From NCBI GenBank assembly GCA_034520565.1, contig JAXHNL010000002.1, positions 736,001-800,000 on the forward strand: a stretch of 64,000 nucleotides of DNA, given 5' to 3'. Positions 53,099 through 62,602 of the stretch are shown in pieces (positions within the stretch are counted from its first letter, which is position 1; each line of letters starts with the position of its first letter). The notes beneath the pieces are model-generated. The model worked only from the letters and a program-made list of their open reading frames with translations. It did not search any database and was not told the DNA's origin. A program made the position numbers and the translations under genes. Source of the DNA: Halodesulfurarchaeum sp. (lineage in GTDB: Archaea > Halobacteriota > Halobacteria > Halobacteriales > Halobacteriaceae).

Positions 53099-55831
53099 AT
53101 GACCGAAACCGAACCCCCGACGGACGAAACGCCGGTTCCGGACAGTGACGAGATCATTCAGAAACTCCAGCGAAAGCGATCGGTCGCCGGGTGGCTCGGC
53201 GTCCTCGTTGCCGCGATCGGCATCTCCTTTTCGGTCTTCCAGGTCATGCTCGCGGCCAAGAGTTTCTACTGGGATCTCCCCCTTCCGATCGTCGGGGAGA
53301 TCCGATTGGTGGGTCTGCAACTGTTGCAGGCAAACGCCGTGCACGTGAGCTTTGCGCTCGTGTTGACGTTTCTCCTGTACCCGCCGACGACGGGCGAGGG
53401 GATCATCGTCCGATCGTTTGGCCGGCTCTATTCGATCCTGGACGAGTTGGTCGGGGGCGTAAATCCGATGGGGCGTGCCCTCGAGGCGGTCCGGGGCGGG
53501 ATTCGATGGGCCTTCTTCGACCCGGACCAGGAACGGCTCACCCCGATCGACGTGGTGCTGTCGATCGTCGCGGCGCTCGCGGCGATCTACTTCCTCGCCG
53601 AATTCAGCGAGATCCAGAACATCCGGTTGTTCGGCCTCAGTTCGGGGGTACCGTTCTACGAAACGTTCCCGTTCGAGCCGCTGTTCGACGCGCTCCCGTT
53701 TCTCGAATTTGCGATCGGCGTGATTCCGGGTTCGGAGTTTCCTTACGCCTTCTTCCTCGGGATCGTCGGGGTGTTTCTCGTTTTGGAGGCGACCCGGCGG
53801 ACGATCGGCCTCCCGCTGATGCTCATCGTCGCGGGGTTCATCGTATACGCCCGCTGGGGGTACATGATCCCGGCTGACACCCCCTACGTCGGCGTGCTCT
53901 CGATTCCCGAACTCTCCTGGCAGGCGATCGTCCAGAACCTGTGGTACAACACCGAAAACGGGGTGTTCGGCATCCCGGTGACCGTCTCGGTGCAGTTCAT
54001 CTACATCTTCATCCTCTTCGGGGCGTTCCTCGAGAAGAGCGGTGCGGGCCAGTGGTTCATCGACCTCGCGTACGCAGGTACGGGAACGCGCACCGGCGGC
54101 CCGGCGAAGGCCTCGATTCTGGCGAGCGGGTTCATGGGCACGATCTCCGGCTCTTCGATCGCCAACACGGTCACGACCGGGACCTTCACCATCCCGCTGA
54201 TGAAGCGGTCGGGGTACGACGCGGAGTTCTCCGGTGCAGTCGAGGCAGCCGCCTCCTCCGGCGGGCAGATTCTCCCGCCAGTGATGGGCGCGGCCGCGTT
54301 TCTCATCGTGCAGTACACCGCGACGCCATTCGCGGACGTGATCGTCGTGGCGACGATCCCGGCGATCGTCTTCTTCTTCGGCGTGTGGGTGATGGTTCAC
54401 CTCAAAGCCGTGCAGTCGGGGGTCGGCGGACTCGACGCGAGCGAGCTCGTCGACGTGGGCGATCACCTCCGCCGGGGCTGGTTCTACCTCGCACCCATCG
54501 GCCTGTTGCTCTACTACCTGATCATCGAGCGGCTCTCCGTTGGCCGTTCGGCGTGGTACACGATACTCTCGATCGCAGCGCTCATCGCGCTGGTGGCCGC
54601 GTACAACGACGACACCCGTCGATTGGTTCCGCTCGCGCTCCTCGGGATCGCCGGGCTCAACTTCGTCTCGATGGTACTCTTCGGTGCCGATCTCCTGGGT
54701 CTGGTGATTACCGGGCCGCTGACGGCGCTGTCCCCCGCCGATGCCTTCGGCCGGGTGCTGGGCAATCTCGGCTGGTACGCGATCATCGCGGCCGTACTGG
54801 TGATGGGCACTCGCCCGATGATGCGATCGCCGCTGCTCTCGATGGACCCGGACGTCCAGAAGACCGCGAAAAACCTCTCTGGGGGTATCGGGCGTCCCTC
54901 CCTCGAAGACAACCAACTGTTCCGCTACGTCGCGTACACCGGCAACGCCATGGAATCCGGGGCTCGGACGGCCGTGCCAGTGGTCATCGCAGTCGCGGCC
55001 GCGGGCGTGATCCCGGGAGTCATCAGCGTGTCCGGGCTGGGACCGAACCTCGTTTCGCTCATTACGGAACTCGCGGCCGGGTCACTCGTCCTCATGCTCT
55101 TGATGACGGCGGTCGCCTCGATCATTCTCGGGATGGGGATGCCGACGACGGTCACGTACATCATCCTCGTCTCGCTTCTGGGCCCGGCCCTCGTGGCCTT
55201 TGGCATCGCCGAGTTGGCCGCCCACCTGTTCATCCTTTACTTCGGGGTGATCGCGGACATCACTCCCCCGGTGGCCGTCGCGGCCTACGCGGCTTCGGGG
55301 GTGGCCCAGTCCGACGCGTTCGAGACGGGGGTGAAGGCGTTCTCGCTGTCGCTCAACAAGGCCATCGTTCCCTTCGCCTTCATTCTCTCGCCGGGAATCC
55401 TGTTACTCCGGACGGGCGTTTCGGTCCCCGGCAGCGACAAGACCTACCGGGTGCTCACCGGGGGCGACCTGACCGAACTGGGCTTCGTCATTCCCGAGGT
55501 CGTCCTCCCGGTTATCGGACTCTTTCTCGGGGTCTACGCCCTCGGGCCGACGGTCATCGGTCACCTCTCCGCACCCCTCTCACGGCTCAGCCGGGCGGCC
55601 TTCGCACTGAGTGCGTTCCTGCTGATGGCCCCTGGACTGTTCGTCACGTCACTCTCGGATGCCCTCTCGGTCGTCGGCCTCGGACCGATTCCGCTCACGC
55701 CGACGCTGGACATCGGGCTCAGGGCGATCGGACTGGTCCTGTTCGTGCTCCTCTACGTTCGGGATCGCCGCACGGAGTGGGAGGGCCCGGCAAATCGGAG
55801 TGACGGACGGAGCGCGGAAGGGGCCGCCTGA
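53099..55831 (+). CDS. TRAP transporter fused permease (4TM/12TM)
   Basis: EATRR, GGPAK, SGSSIAN, EAAASSGGQILPPVMGAAAF, GMGMPTT, ADITPPVA. Confidence 0.94.
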   Translation: MTETEPPTDETPVPDSDEIIQKLQRKRSVAGWLGVLVAAIGISFSVFQVMLAAKSFYWDLPLPIVGEIRLVGLQLLQANAVHVSFALVLTFLLYPPTTGEGIIVRSFGRLYSILDELVGGVNPMGRALEAVRGGIRWAFFDPDQERLTPIDVVLSIVAALAAIYFLAEFSEIQNIRLFGLSSGVPFYETFPFEPLFDALPFLEFAIGVIPGSEFPYAFFLGIVGVFLVLEATRRTIGLPLMLIVAGFIVYARWGYMIPADTPYVGVLSIPELSWQAIVQNLWYNTENGVFGIPVTVSVQFIYIFILFGAFLEKSGAGQWFIDLAYAGTGTRTGGPAKASILASGFMGTISGSSIANTVTTGTFTIPLMKRSGYDAEFSGAVEAAASSGGQILPPVMGAAAFLIVQYTATPFADVIVVATIPAIVFFFGVWVMVHLKAVQSGVGGLDASELVDVGDHLRRGWFYLAPIGLLLYYLIIERLSVGRSAWYTILSIAALIALVAAYNDDTRRLVPLALLGIAGLNFVSMVLFGADLLGLVITGPLTALSPADAFGRVLGNLGWYAIIAAVLVMGTRPMMRSPLLSMDPDVQKTAKNLSGGIGRPSLEDNQLFRYVAYTGNAMESGARTAVPVVIAVAAAGVIPGVISVSGLGPNLVSLITELAAGSLVLMLLMTAVASIILGMGMPTTVTYIILVSLLGPALVAFGIAELAAHLFILYFGVIADITPPVAVAAYAASGVAQSDAFETGVKAFSLSLNKAIVPFAFILSPGILLLRTGVSVPGSDKTYRVLTGGDLTELGFVIPEVVLPVIGLFLGVYALGPTVIGHLSAPLSRLSRAAFALSAFLLMAPGLFVTSLSDALSVVGLGPIPLTPTLDIGLRAIGLVLFVLLYVRDRRTEWEGPANRSDGRSAEGAA

Positions 55832-55879
55832 GTGCGCGTTGCTGGATCGTTTTCGGAACCAACCGACTCTCCTGGAGCG

Positions 55880-56635
55880 TTATTTCTCGCCGGGCCACTG
55901 TCGGGGTCGGACGGATTCGTCGAGTCGCGAAACCACCACTTCGAGCAGTTGCTCGAGGTTGACCGTGTCCGCGCGGTTGTACTCCACGAGCGTGTCGAGT
56001 GCCGCGCGGTCCCCGCGCTCGTACTCCCGCCAGAGCCGGATCGCGTCCCGGCCGGAGATGTCGGGCCGGTCGCGTTCGATGCCGATCGATCGCTCGATCG
56101 CTTTCAGGCCGCCGGTGAGTCCGAGTCGCTGGCAGAGGAATCGCAGGTCGAGATGCGGCAGGTCGACGTCGATCCCGAGTTCGGTCTCGAGGAACGGGAG
56201 GTCGAACTGTACGCCGTTGAAGGTGCCAAGCAGTCCGGCGTCTTGGAAGTGGGCCTGGAGCCGTTCGGCGGTGAGGTCCCGACCGCGGACGAGGGTGTCG
56301 GTCTCGCCGTCGCGATGGAGGGAGACGGTCGTCACGACGTCGCGATGCTGGTCGAGACCGGTCGTCTCGATGTCGAGAAAGAGGGTCTGCTCGCGGAAGT
56401 TCTCGTAGAGGCGCCACTGAGCCTGGTCGGGAAATTCCCGCGCGAAGAAGTCGACGTCGCGGGTTTCCAGCTTCGGATCGGCACGGGCGATGAAGTCCTC
56501 GACCCGCCGGCCGGTTTTCTCGCCGAGCAGGTCGGGCTCGAAGCGGTTCCAGTGGGTCGCGCCCTGTTCCCAGAGGGAGCGCTCCGTGGTTTCGCCCACG
56601 CCGCGGACTGGGATGTAGCTCTGCTCGATACGCAC
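55880..56635 (-). CDS. RNase H-like (YprB-type) DEDD exonuclease
   Basis: HhH GVGETTE, FLDIETTGL, FNGVQFDLPFL, HLDL, GGLKAIE, YNRAD. Confidence 0.88.
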   Translation of the reverse strand: MRIEQSYIPVRGVGETTERSLWEQGATHWNRFEPDLLGEKTGRRVEDFIARADPKLETRDVDFFAREFPDQAQWRLYENFREQTLFLDIETTGLDQHRDVVTTVSLHRDGETDTLVRGRDLTAERLQAHFQDAGLLGTFNGVQFDLPFLETELGIDVDLPHLDLRFLCQRLGLTGGLKAIERSIGIERDRPDISGRDAIRLWREYERGDRAALDTLVEYNRADTVNLEQLLEVVVSRLDESVRPRQWPGEK

Positions 56636-56714
56636 AGGGAGATGTAGTTCGTGTTCCTATGAAAAGCTTCGCGGGTTGGACTAGCGGGGTTTTGATATTC
56701 GGCTGTCAAGTGTG

Positions 56715-56885
56715 ACACCACCTCCGAAAGCCCCCTCCCGCTCGCGCGCTCTCGCCGGGATATCGCTCGCTCACTTCGCGCGCTCGCGACAGGGCCCGGC
56801 GAGGCCCACGCGAGCGGTCGGCCAGGGCGAGAGCCTCCGGCTCTCGCTTGCTCCCCCTCGGTCCTACGGACCTCGCGGGAACCCT
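56715..56885. repeat. Hairpin cluster (REP-like)
   Basis: GCGAGAGCCTCCGGCTCTCGC (56827-56847), GGTCCTACGGACC (56860-56872) and a larger nested inverted repeat at about 56738-56817. Confidence 0.6.
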
Positions 56886-56958
56886 TTCGTATTCCCGCCC
56901 GGTTGATGGTCGCTTTTGTACCGCAACGATTAACCTCTCTAATCAACTACCATCGGAC

Positions 56959-57000
56959 GCGCCAAGGTGGCAGAGTCCGGCCTAACGCAGCGGCCTGCAG
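56959..57000 (+). repeat. Perfect 42-bp duplicate of the tRNA-Cys 5' half (att-like)
   Basis: Identical to 57125-57166; ends in the anticodon loop (CTGCAG). Confidence 0.92.
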
Positions 57001-57126
57001 TTCCGTCAGACTCCCAAGTCGTCTGCCGGCGTCGCACGCGAGCGTGCGACAGCCGCCAATCGCCGGTTGCCGGACCGCCACCGCACCACAATCCAGTAAG
57101 CGGATCCGCTGCCGAGAGACAATTGC

Positions 57127-57202
57127 GCCAAGGTGGCAGAGTCCGGCCTAACGCAGCGGCCTGCAGAGCCGCCCATCGCCGGTTCAAATCCGGCCCTTGG
57201 CT
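57127..57202 (+). tRNA. tRNA-Cys(GCA)
   Basis: GCCAAGG/CCTTGGC acceptor stem, GCGGC-CTGCAGA-GCCGC anticodon arm, GGTTCAAATCC T-arm, U discriminator. Confidence 0.96.
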
Positions 57203-57230
57203 CTTCTGACCGAGCGAAGCGAGGTCTGAG

Positions 57231-57306
57231 AGCCAACCGGCCGCGATTTGACCCCAGGAAACCGAACCCAGTGAGGTTTCCGCTGGTTCAAATCCGGCTC
57301 GTGGCT
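57231..57306. repeat. Inverted plus direct degenerate copies of the tRNA-Cys 3' end, forming a long hairpin
   Basis: 57281-57306 matches 57177-57202 at 23/26 nt; 57231-57256 approximates its reverse complement. Confidence 0.75.
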
Positions 57307-57543
57307 TCCACTTTTTACTCGTCGGGTTCCTCGCTCGCTCTGCTCTCTGCGGGAACCACTCCACTCACGGCGGCTCCGCCGCCGTTCGTGCAATTCGAGA
57401 GATCATAGATCCCTCGCGACTCGCAAAAACGTGGAAAAACTTCCCGAACGCTCCCGTTGGTCGCGCTCGGTGAAACCGCGACTCGCTGCGCTCGTCGCGG
57501 TATGCAAGGGAAAAACTCGTTTCGGCTACTTGCAACTGGCAAC

Positions 57544-57807
57544 TCATCCCGAATCGTCTTCGGACTCCTCGCTTACCTCCATGATCTCCCGTGCCACCGC
57601 TCTGACCCGTTGCTGGTGAGCGGCGGATTGCTGGACGCTTTGGGCTGCATCGAGTTGGCCGTCGACGATCGCGTTCTGTTGTGGTCCCCACGTTTCGGGG
57701 GGCTCGGACTCGATGTATTCGACCCATCGTTTGATTCCCTCGATGCGTTGCTCGCGATTGCGCTCGTGTTTCACATCGAGGTCCTCAGACACGTTTGAGT
57801 CGCTCAT
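57544..57807 (-). CDS. Small acidic hypothetical protein, partner of the upstream nucleotidyltransferase
   Basis: MSDSNV...ERNREQRIEGIKRWVEYI...W..QQN..VD.QL; start overlaps the end of the upstream gene. Confidence 0.7.
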   Translation of the reverse strand: MSDSNVSEDLDVKHERNREQRIEGIKRWVEYIESEPPETWGPQQNAIVDGQLDAAQSVQQSAAHQQRVRAVAREIMEVSEESEDDSG

Positions 57808-58387
57808 ATTCGTCTTCGACGCCGAGTTTCGGTACCCATTCTTCGAGGCGCGGCTCACTAAGGCTTTCCTCGAAGAGCGTGTAGAGGTGGACCGCGTCCT
57901 CGATGTCCTTCTGGGCCCCGAGTGAGAGCTTGTAGGCGATCTGGAGTTCCAACGGACCGACCGGAATCGTTTCGCCGGCGATACGAGCGTCGATCGAGTT
58001 TTCGAGGGACGCGGCATCGAACTCGTCGACCGCGAATTTGCATTCGAGATGAGGTGTAACCTGATCCGCCGGAGCGATCCAGATGTTATCGCCACCGTCA
58101 AGCATCTCGTAAAGGGATTCGAGGGGCATCGCGGGCCCCCAGTACCCTGATTCGACGAGTGCGGCGGCGAGTTCCTCGGCGGTCGTTTCGTCGATCGGTT
58201 CGATAAGGACGTCGACGTCCTCAGTGGAACGAGCCCTGCCCGCGAGGATGGAGACGTAGCCTGCGATGTAGACGTGTTCGATGTCGAACCGTCGAAGAAT
58301 CCAGGAGAAATCGATCGCCAGCTCGTCGAGTCGGTTCGGCTCACGCTCCACGACGAGCGTGCCAGAGCGGAGTTCGATACCGACCAT
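57785..58387 (-). CDS. Pol-beta-superfamily nucleotidyltransferase-like protein (AbiEii-like)
   Basis: IAGYVSILAGRARSTEDVDV (R.T.D.D motif), IAYKL, KDIED. Confidence 0.75.
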   Translation of the reverse strand: MVGIELRSGTLVVEREPNRLDELAIDFSWILRRFDIEHVYIAGYVSILAGRARSTEDVDVLIEPIDETTAEELAAALVESGYWGPAMPLESLYEMLDGGDNIWIAPADQVTPHLECKFAVDEFDAASLENSIDARIAGETIPVGPLELQIAYKLSLGAQKDIEDAVHLYTLFEESLSEPRLEEWVPKLGVEDEYERLKRV

Positions 58388-58629
58388 GTACACGAGAGAA
58401 CTGGCACCCGCATAAAACGTCGGGCGGGTCGGGATCTCGGATTCGATCCGGGTGACCGTCGAAGACGGGCTGGCGCCTGGTGGACCACTTCTTCGGCACC
58501 TCGTCATGCTGAACCACGCCGATCACGTTTTCTGCCCCGCTCCGCAGTGGTCCTCACCGCCGTCGACCCCCTCTCACGGACTGCCACCCACGCCTTCATG
58601 TACTCCCGACCGAATACCCACAGACACCC

Positions 58630-59859
58630 GTGACGGCCGACGCCGAATCGATCTCGCCGAGCACGCCCTCCCAGGACGAATCAGTCACGGACGTCCTCAA
58701 GAGCGACCGCGGGTGGTTCCTCCTTGCCATCGGCTTCGGCTGGTTTCTCACCCTCGGCTCCCGCTTTCTCGTCCCGGCGCTGCTCCCCGTCATCAAGACC
58801 GAGTTCACCCTCCAGAACGCCGGGGCGGGCCTGATCGTCACCGTCATGTGGCTCACCTACGGCGGCGTGCAGTTCCCCGCCGGCGTCCTCACCGACCGCG
58901 TCGGCGAACGCGCCCTCCTTGGTGTAAGCACCCTGCTCGCCTCGCTGAGCATGGTCGGCTTCGCCGTCGCCCCCACCTACGAGTGGTTTCTGGTCGCCGC
59001 CGCGGCGTTCGGCATTGCGACCGGGCTGTACGGCCCGGCGCGAGGGATGGCCCTCGCCAAGCGCTTCGAGCAGTTCGAGGGGCTGGCCTTTGGGGTCGTA
59101 CTCGGAGCCGGAAGCATCGGCGCCGCGACGCTCCCCCTCGTGGCCACGCTCCTCACCGAACAGTTCGGCTGGCGGTGGGCCATCGGACTCGTCGGCCCCG
59201 CCTTCTTCCTCGCTGGGGTGTGGCTGCTGATCGTCGTCCCGCGAACCCTCCCCGGGACCGTTCCCGGCGGGACGCTGCTCGCGGGGGTGAAACAGTCCGT
59301 CGTCGCGATCCGAACCTACCGGATTGCGATGGCGCTTGGCGGCGTCGTCCTGATGTTGTTCATCTTTCAGGGCCTCACCGCGTTCTATCCGACCTACCTC
59401 CAGGCCGAAGGCGACCTGGCCCAGACCACGGCGAACTCGCTTTACGCCCTGCTCTTCCTGGCCGGGGCCGTCTTCCAGCTGACTGCGGGGCGGCTCGCGG
59501 ACAGTTTCGGGTACCGCTGGGTGCTCGTCGGCGTGAGCGCGGTGAGCGTCATTCCGCTCCTCTGGCTGCCCTGGATCGCTTCTTTCGGGTGGTTCGCGGT
59601 CGTGACAGTCCTCATCGCGATCCGGATCGCCCTCCAGCCGATGATGAACGCCTACGTCCTCGGGGCGCTGCCCCAGGAGATGCGCGGGGCGATCTGGGGC
59701 TTTCTTCGCACGGTGTTTTTCGTCCTCGGAGCCTTCGGCTCGGTCGTCGTCGGCGGGATCGCCGACCTGGGGTACTTCGACGGCGCCATCTACCTCCTCG
59801 CGGCGCTGACTGCCCTCGGGGGCTTCCTCTTCTACCTCCTCCCGCGTGACGGCTCCTGA
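58630..59859 (+). CDS. MFS transporter
   Basis: About 12 TM helices; motif A GVLTDRVGER and GRLADSFGYR. Confidence 0.92.
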   Translation: MTADAESISPSTPSQDESVTDVLKSDRGWFLLAIGFGWFLTLGSRFLVPALLPVIKTEFTLQNAGAGLIVTVMWLTYGGVQFPAGVLTDRVGERALLGVSTLLASLSMVGFAVAPTYEWFLVAAAAFGIATGLYGPARGMALAKRFEQFEGLAFGVVLGAGSIGAATLPLVATLLTEQFGWRWAIGLVGPAFFLAGVWLLIVVPRTLPGTVPGGTLLAGVKQSVVAIRTYRIAMALGGVVLMLFIFQGLTAFYPTYLQAEGDLAQTTANSLYALLFLAGAVFQLTAGRLADSFGYRWVLVGVSAVSVIPLLWLPWIASFGWFAVVTVLIAIRIALQPMMNAYVLGALPQEMRGAIWGFLRTVFFVLGAFGSVVVGGIADLGYFDGAIYLLAALTALGGFLFYLLPRDGS

Positions 59860-59895
59860 ATCGTGTGGGTCACACTTGGACCGGTGTTTGACCGA

Positions 59896-60175
59896 TGCCA
59901 ACCCCATTATGGATCTTGACCCAATCGGAAGTCGTGTCTCAACCGTCCATTCCCGCAGCGAACGGCGTCACGACCTAGATCGAAGACGGAGCCCGGATCG
60001 CGGCCATCCTCCTCGTGTGGGGGGTCATCGCCGCAGTTTTCACCGACGGCATCGGCAACATCGGCTACCCCGGGGGCTGTTCACCCGGCTCGGAACCTCG
60101 ATCGGTGCCACCCTCGCCGTTGCCGGGTTGCTGAACGCAGTGCTCTATGTGGTCTATCGTGCCATCGACTACTGA
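59896..60175 (+). pseudogene. Disrupted small membrane protein gene
   Basis: ...AANGVTT*IEDGARIAAILLVWGVIAAVF...GYP, then a frameshift into GLFTRLGTSIGATLAVAGLLNAVLYVVYRAIDY*; one in-frame TAG plus one indel. Confidence 0.5.
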
Positions 60176-60230
60176 CATCAGTTCTGAGCCTCCGTCGGCG
60201 CTTCGAGTCGAGTCCGGGCCGCTCCTATGC

Positions 60231-61406
60231 CTATGGATAGGTGACCCATTCGACCACTCGGCGAATCCCGAGCCCTCCCAGGATAGCCGCGAAGGGGAAA
60301 AGCGACCCGCTCTCGAGTGGTTCCTCGCCCGAAACGGGGACCACGGCATCCATCTGTGTCTCCTCGCGTTCCCCGTCCGGGGTGCTACTCGGCTCGCCGT
60401 CGGTTGACTTCTCGTGGTCCGGCTGGGCCACCTGCTCCTGGCCGTCCTCGACCCCGTCGCCGTCGGTATCGGGATCGGTCGGGTTGGTGCCGTAGCGCTC
60501 CACCTCCCAGTCGTCCCGGACGCCGTCGCCGTCAGTGTCCATTTCGGTTGGGTCGGTCCCGAGCTGGCGCTCGAACCCGTCGTCCAGTCCGTCGCCGTCC
60601 GTGTCCGAACGCGTCGGATCGGTCCCCCGCTGGATCTCGTCTGCGTCGTCGATCCCGTCGCCGTCGGTGTCCGCGAGCGTCGGGTCAGTCGGCAGGGACT
60701 CGATTTCGCGCTGGTCGTCGAGCCCGTCGCCGTCGGTGTCCTCGAGTGTCGGATCGGTCCCCCGGCGGATCTCTTCGGGATCGACGACTCCGTCCCCATC
60801 GGTGTCCGCGAGCGTCGGATCGGTCCCGTAGCGGGCGACCTCGACGCTATCCGTGAGATCGTCGTCGTCAGTGTCGGCGTCGCGGAAGTCAGTCGGCCCA
60901 CCGATCTCCTGGCTGTTCTGCAGGCCGTCCCCGTCGAGGTCGCCGGCTTTCCGAATGACCGTCACCCCGATTTCGGTCCCGTCCCACAGCGCTGGGCCCC
61001 GGTCCGGATAGATCCCGACGAAGAGGGTGTCCGGTCCGGTCGCTTCGAGGGCTTCGCGGTCGAGTTGGATTGTGACCGTCGCCGAATCGAGTTCCTCGAG
61101 TGTCACCGTCGCTTCCCCGAGTGCCTCGTCGCTCGGACCGAAGCGATCGATCCTCGATTCGGTCACCCGCACGTCGTAGTGTCGATAGTCCCTGGCACTG
61201 TCCTCGAACACTGGGGCGCCCACCTCGACGGTGAGTTCCGGGGACTCGCCGGCCCAGATGAACTGTGTATCGCCGGCCGTCGTGGCGTCTGCGGGCCCGG
61301 TGAACTCACCGTCGAGGACGCCGCTCGAAATCGCGCCACCGACTCCGCTCGCAACGAGGGCGAGGGCTACCAGAACGAGCGCCGCTCGCCGGAGCGGGTG
61401 GTGCAT
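60231..61406 (-). CDS. Secreted/surface protein with Ca-binding DTDGDG (TSP3-like) repeats
   Basis: Signal peptide RRAALVLVALALVA; about 7 repeats of TDPT..DTDGDG..D..E; hydrophobic C-terminal segment followed by RR. Confidence 0.85.
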   Translation of the reverse strand: MHHPLRRAALVLVALALVASGVGGAISSGVLDGEFTGPADATTAGDTQFIWAGESPELTVEVGAPVFEDSARDYRHYDVRVTESRIDRFGPSDEALGEATVTLEELDSATVTIQLDREALEATGPDTLFVGIYPDRGPALWDGTEIGVTVIRKAGDLDGDGLQNSQEIGGPTDFRDADTDDDDLTDSVEVARYGTDPTLADTDGDGVVDPEEIRRGTDPTLEDTDGDGLDDQREIESLPTDPTLADTDGDGIDDADEIQRGTDPTRSDTDGDGLDDGFERQLGTDPTEMDTDGDGVRDDWEVERYGTNPTDPDTDGDGVEDGQEQVAQPDHEKSTDGEPSSTPDGEREETQMDAVVPVSGEEPLESGSLFPFAAILGGLGIRRVVEWVTYP

Positions 61407-61488
61407 ATTCCGTATTGGGCCGGGATGACACTTGAATGTGCGCAAGACGGGACCGTCAGCATTTGGGGCCTGCCGCCGAAGGGCCGGT

Positions 61489-62256
61489 ATGCCCGGTCGA
61501 TCCCGGATCAGGACCGCTCTCACCGGTGAGCGAATCGCGATCTGGTCGCTCGGCCTACTGGTCGTCGCCGCGGCGCTTATAGTCGGTTTCGCCGGCACTA
61601 CGTTCGCTCCGCCCGCGGGTTCGGTCGAGTCCGTGGAGCGGACCCACTCGGTCGCCGTCGCCCCGGCCGCTGGCGGGTATACCATCACACCGGCGGGGAA
61701 GACCGCGGAGACGGGCCTAGTCTTCTACCCCGGGGCTCGCGTGGAACCGGGAGCCTACGTGCCGGTACTGGCCCCGGTCGTCGAGGAGACTGGGGCCGCC
61801 GTGTTTGTCCCGCGCCCGCGACTGAACCTCGCCGTCTTCGAGTCGGGCATGGCCACCTCCATCGTCGAGTCCAATCCCGCCATCGCGGACTGGTACGTCG
61901 GTGGCCATTCACTGGGCGGGGCGATGGCCTGCCGGTACGCCGCCGACAACGCCGATCGCCTCGAGGGGCTGGTGCTCTTTGGTGCCTACTGTGACCGATC
62001 GATCGCGGACGCCGACCTGCGGGTCCTCGCCGTCGGGGGCACCCGGGATACGGTCCTCGGGACCGAGCGGTCGGCGCTCCGCCCGGAGAATCTCCCGGAA
62101 TCGGCAATTATCCGGCGTATCGAGGGGCTCAATCACACCCAGTTCGGACGGTATCACGGTCAGTCTGGAGACAGCCCGGCCACCATCACCCGCGAGACGG
62201 CCCACGAACGCCTCCAGTCGGTCCTCGTCGACTTTCTTCGCGAAAAGAGCCAGTGA
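61489..62256 (+). CDS. Membrane-anchored alpha/beta hydrolase
   Basis: FYPGARV, GGHSLGG nucleophile elbow, GTRD, GLNHTQFG.Y..Q.GD. Confidence 0.88.
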   Translation: MPGRSRIRTALTGERIAIWSLGLLVVAAALIVGFAGTTFAPPAGSVESVERTHSVAVAPAAGGYTITPAGKTAETGLVFYPGARVEPGAYVPVLAPVVEETGAAVFVPRPRLNLAVFESGMATSIVESNPAIADWYVGGHSLGGAMACRYAADNADRLEGLVLFGAYCDRSIADADLRVLAVGGTRDTVLGTERSALRPENLPESAIIRRIEGLNHTQFGRYHGQSGDSPATITRETAHERLQSVLVDFLREKSQ

Positions 62257-62257
62257 G

Positions 62258-62464
62258 CTACTCCAGTAGGCCCATCTCCTCGGCGAGCAAGTCCTGGAGC
62301 CGGGACTTCACGGCGGGATCGATTTCGGCCACGGGCTCGCCGTCGTGCTGGCGCTCGTTGTGAGCGTCGATCGTCGCCTCGACGTCTGGAAACGGAACGG
62401 CGGTTTCGGTCCCACAGGCCGGACAGGTGATCGTGATCTCGGGGAGGTCCTCGGTGGGAGCCAT
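62258..62464 (-). CDS. Small CPxCG-type zinc-finger protein
   Basis: CPACG...HNERQH; acidic composition. Confidence 0.75.
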   Translation of the reverse strand: MAPTEDLPEITITCPACGTETAVPFPDVEATIDAHNERQHDGEPVAEIDPAVKSRLQDLLAEEMGLLE

Positions 62465-62602
62465 ACGGGTGAACTACACACACCGCTCCTAAAGAGCGAT
62501 CGGTTCGGCGACGAATCGGGGGCAAAAACGGGATTCACCTGATCGGATCGACCGGGGGACAGACTGTCCTGTCGCTCGCGGGTCGAACTCGATTTTTCGG
62601 AA

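Noticed and set aside
56961-57202. tRNA-Cys read as an intron-containing gene (5' exon 56961-57000, 166-nt intron at 37/38)
   Set aside because: The break is at the canonical position, but the four bases before the 3' bulge (CTGC) cannot pair with C32-C35, so no bulge-helix-bulge forms; the downstream copy is already a complete tRNA
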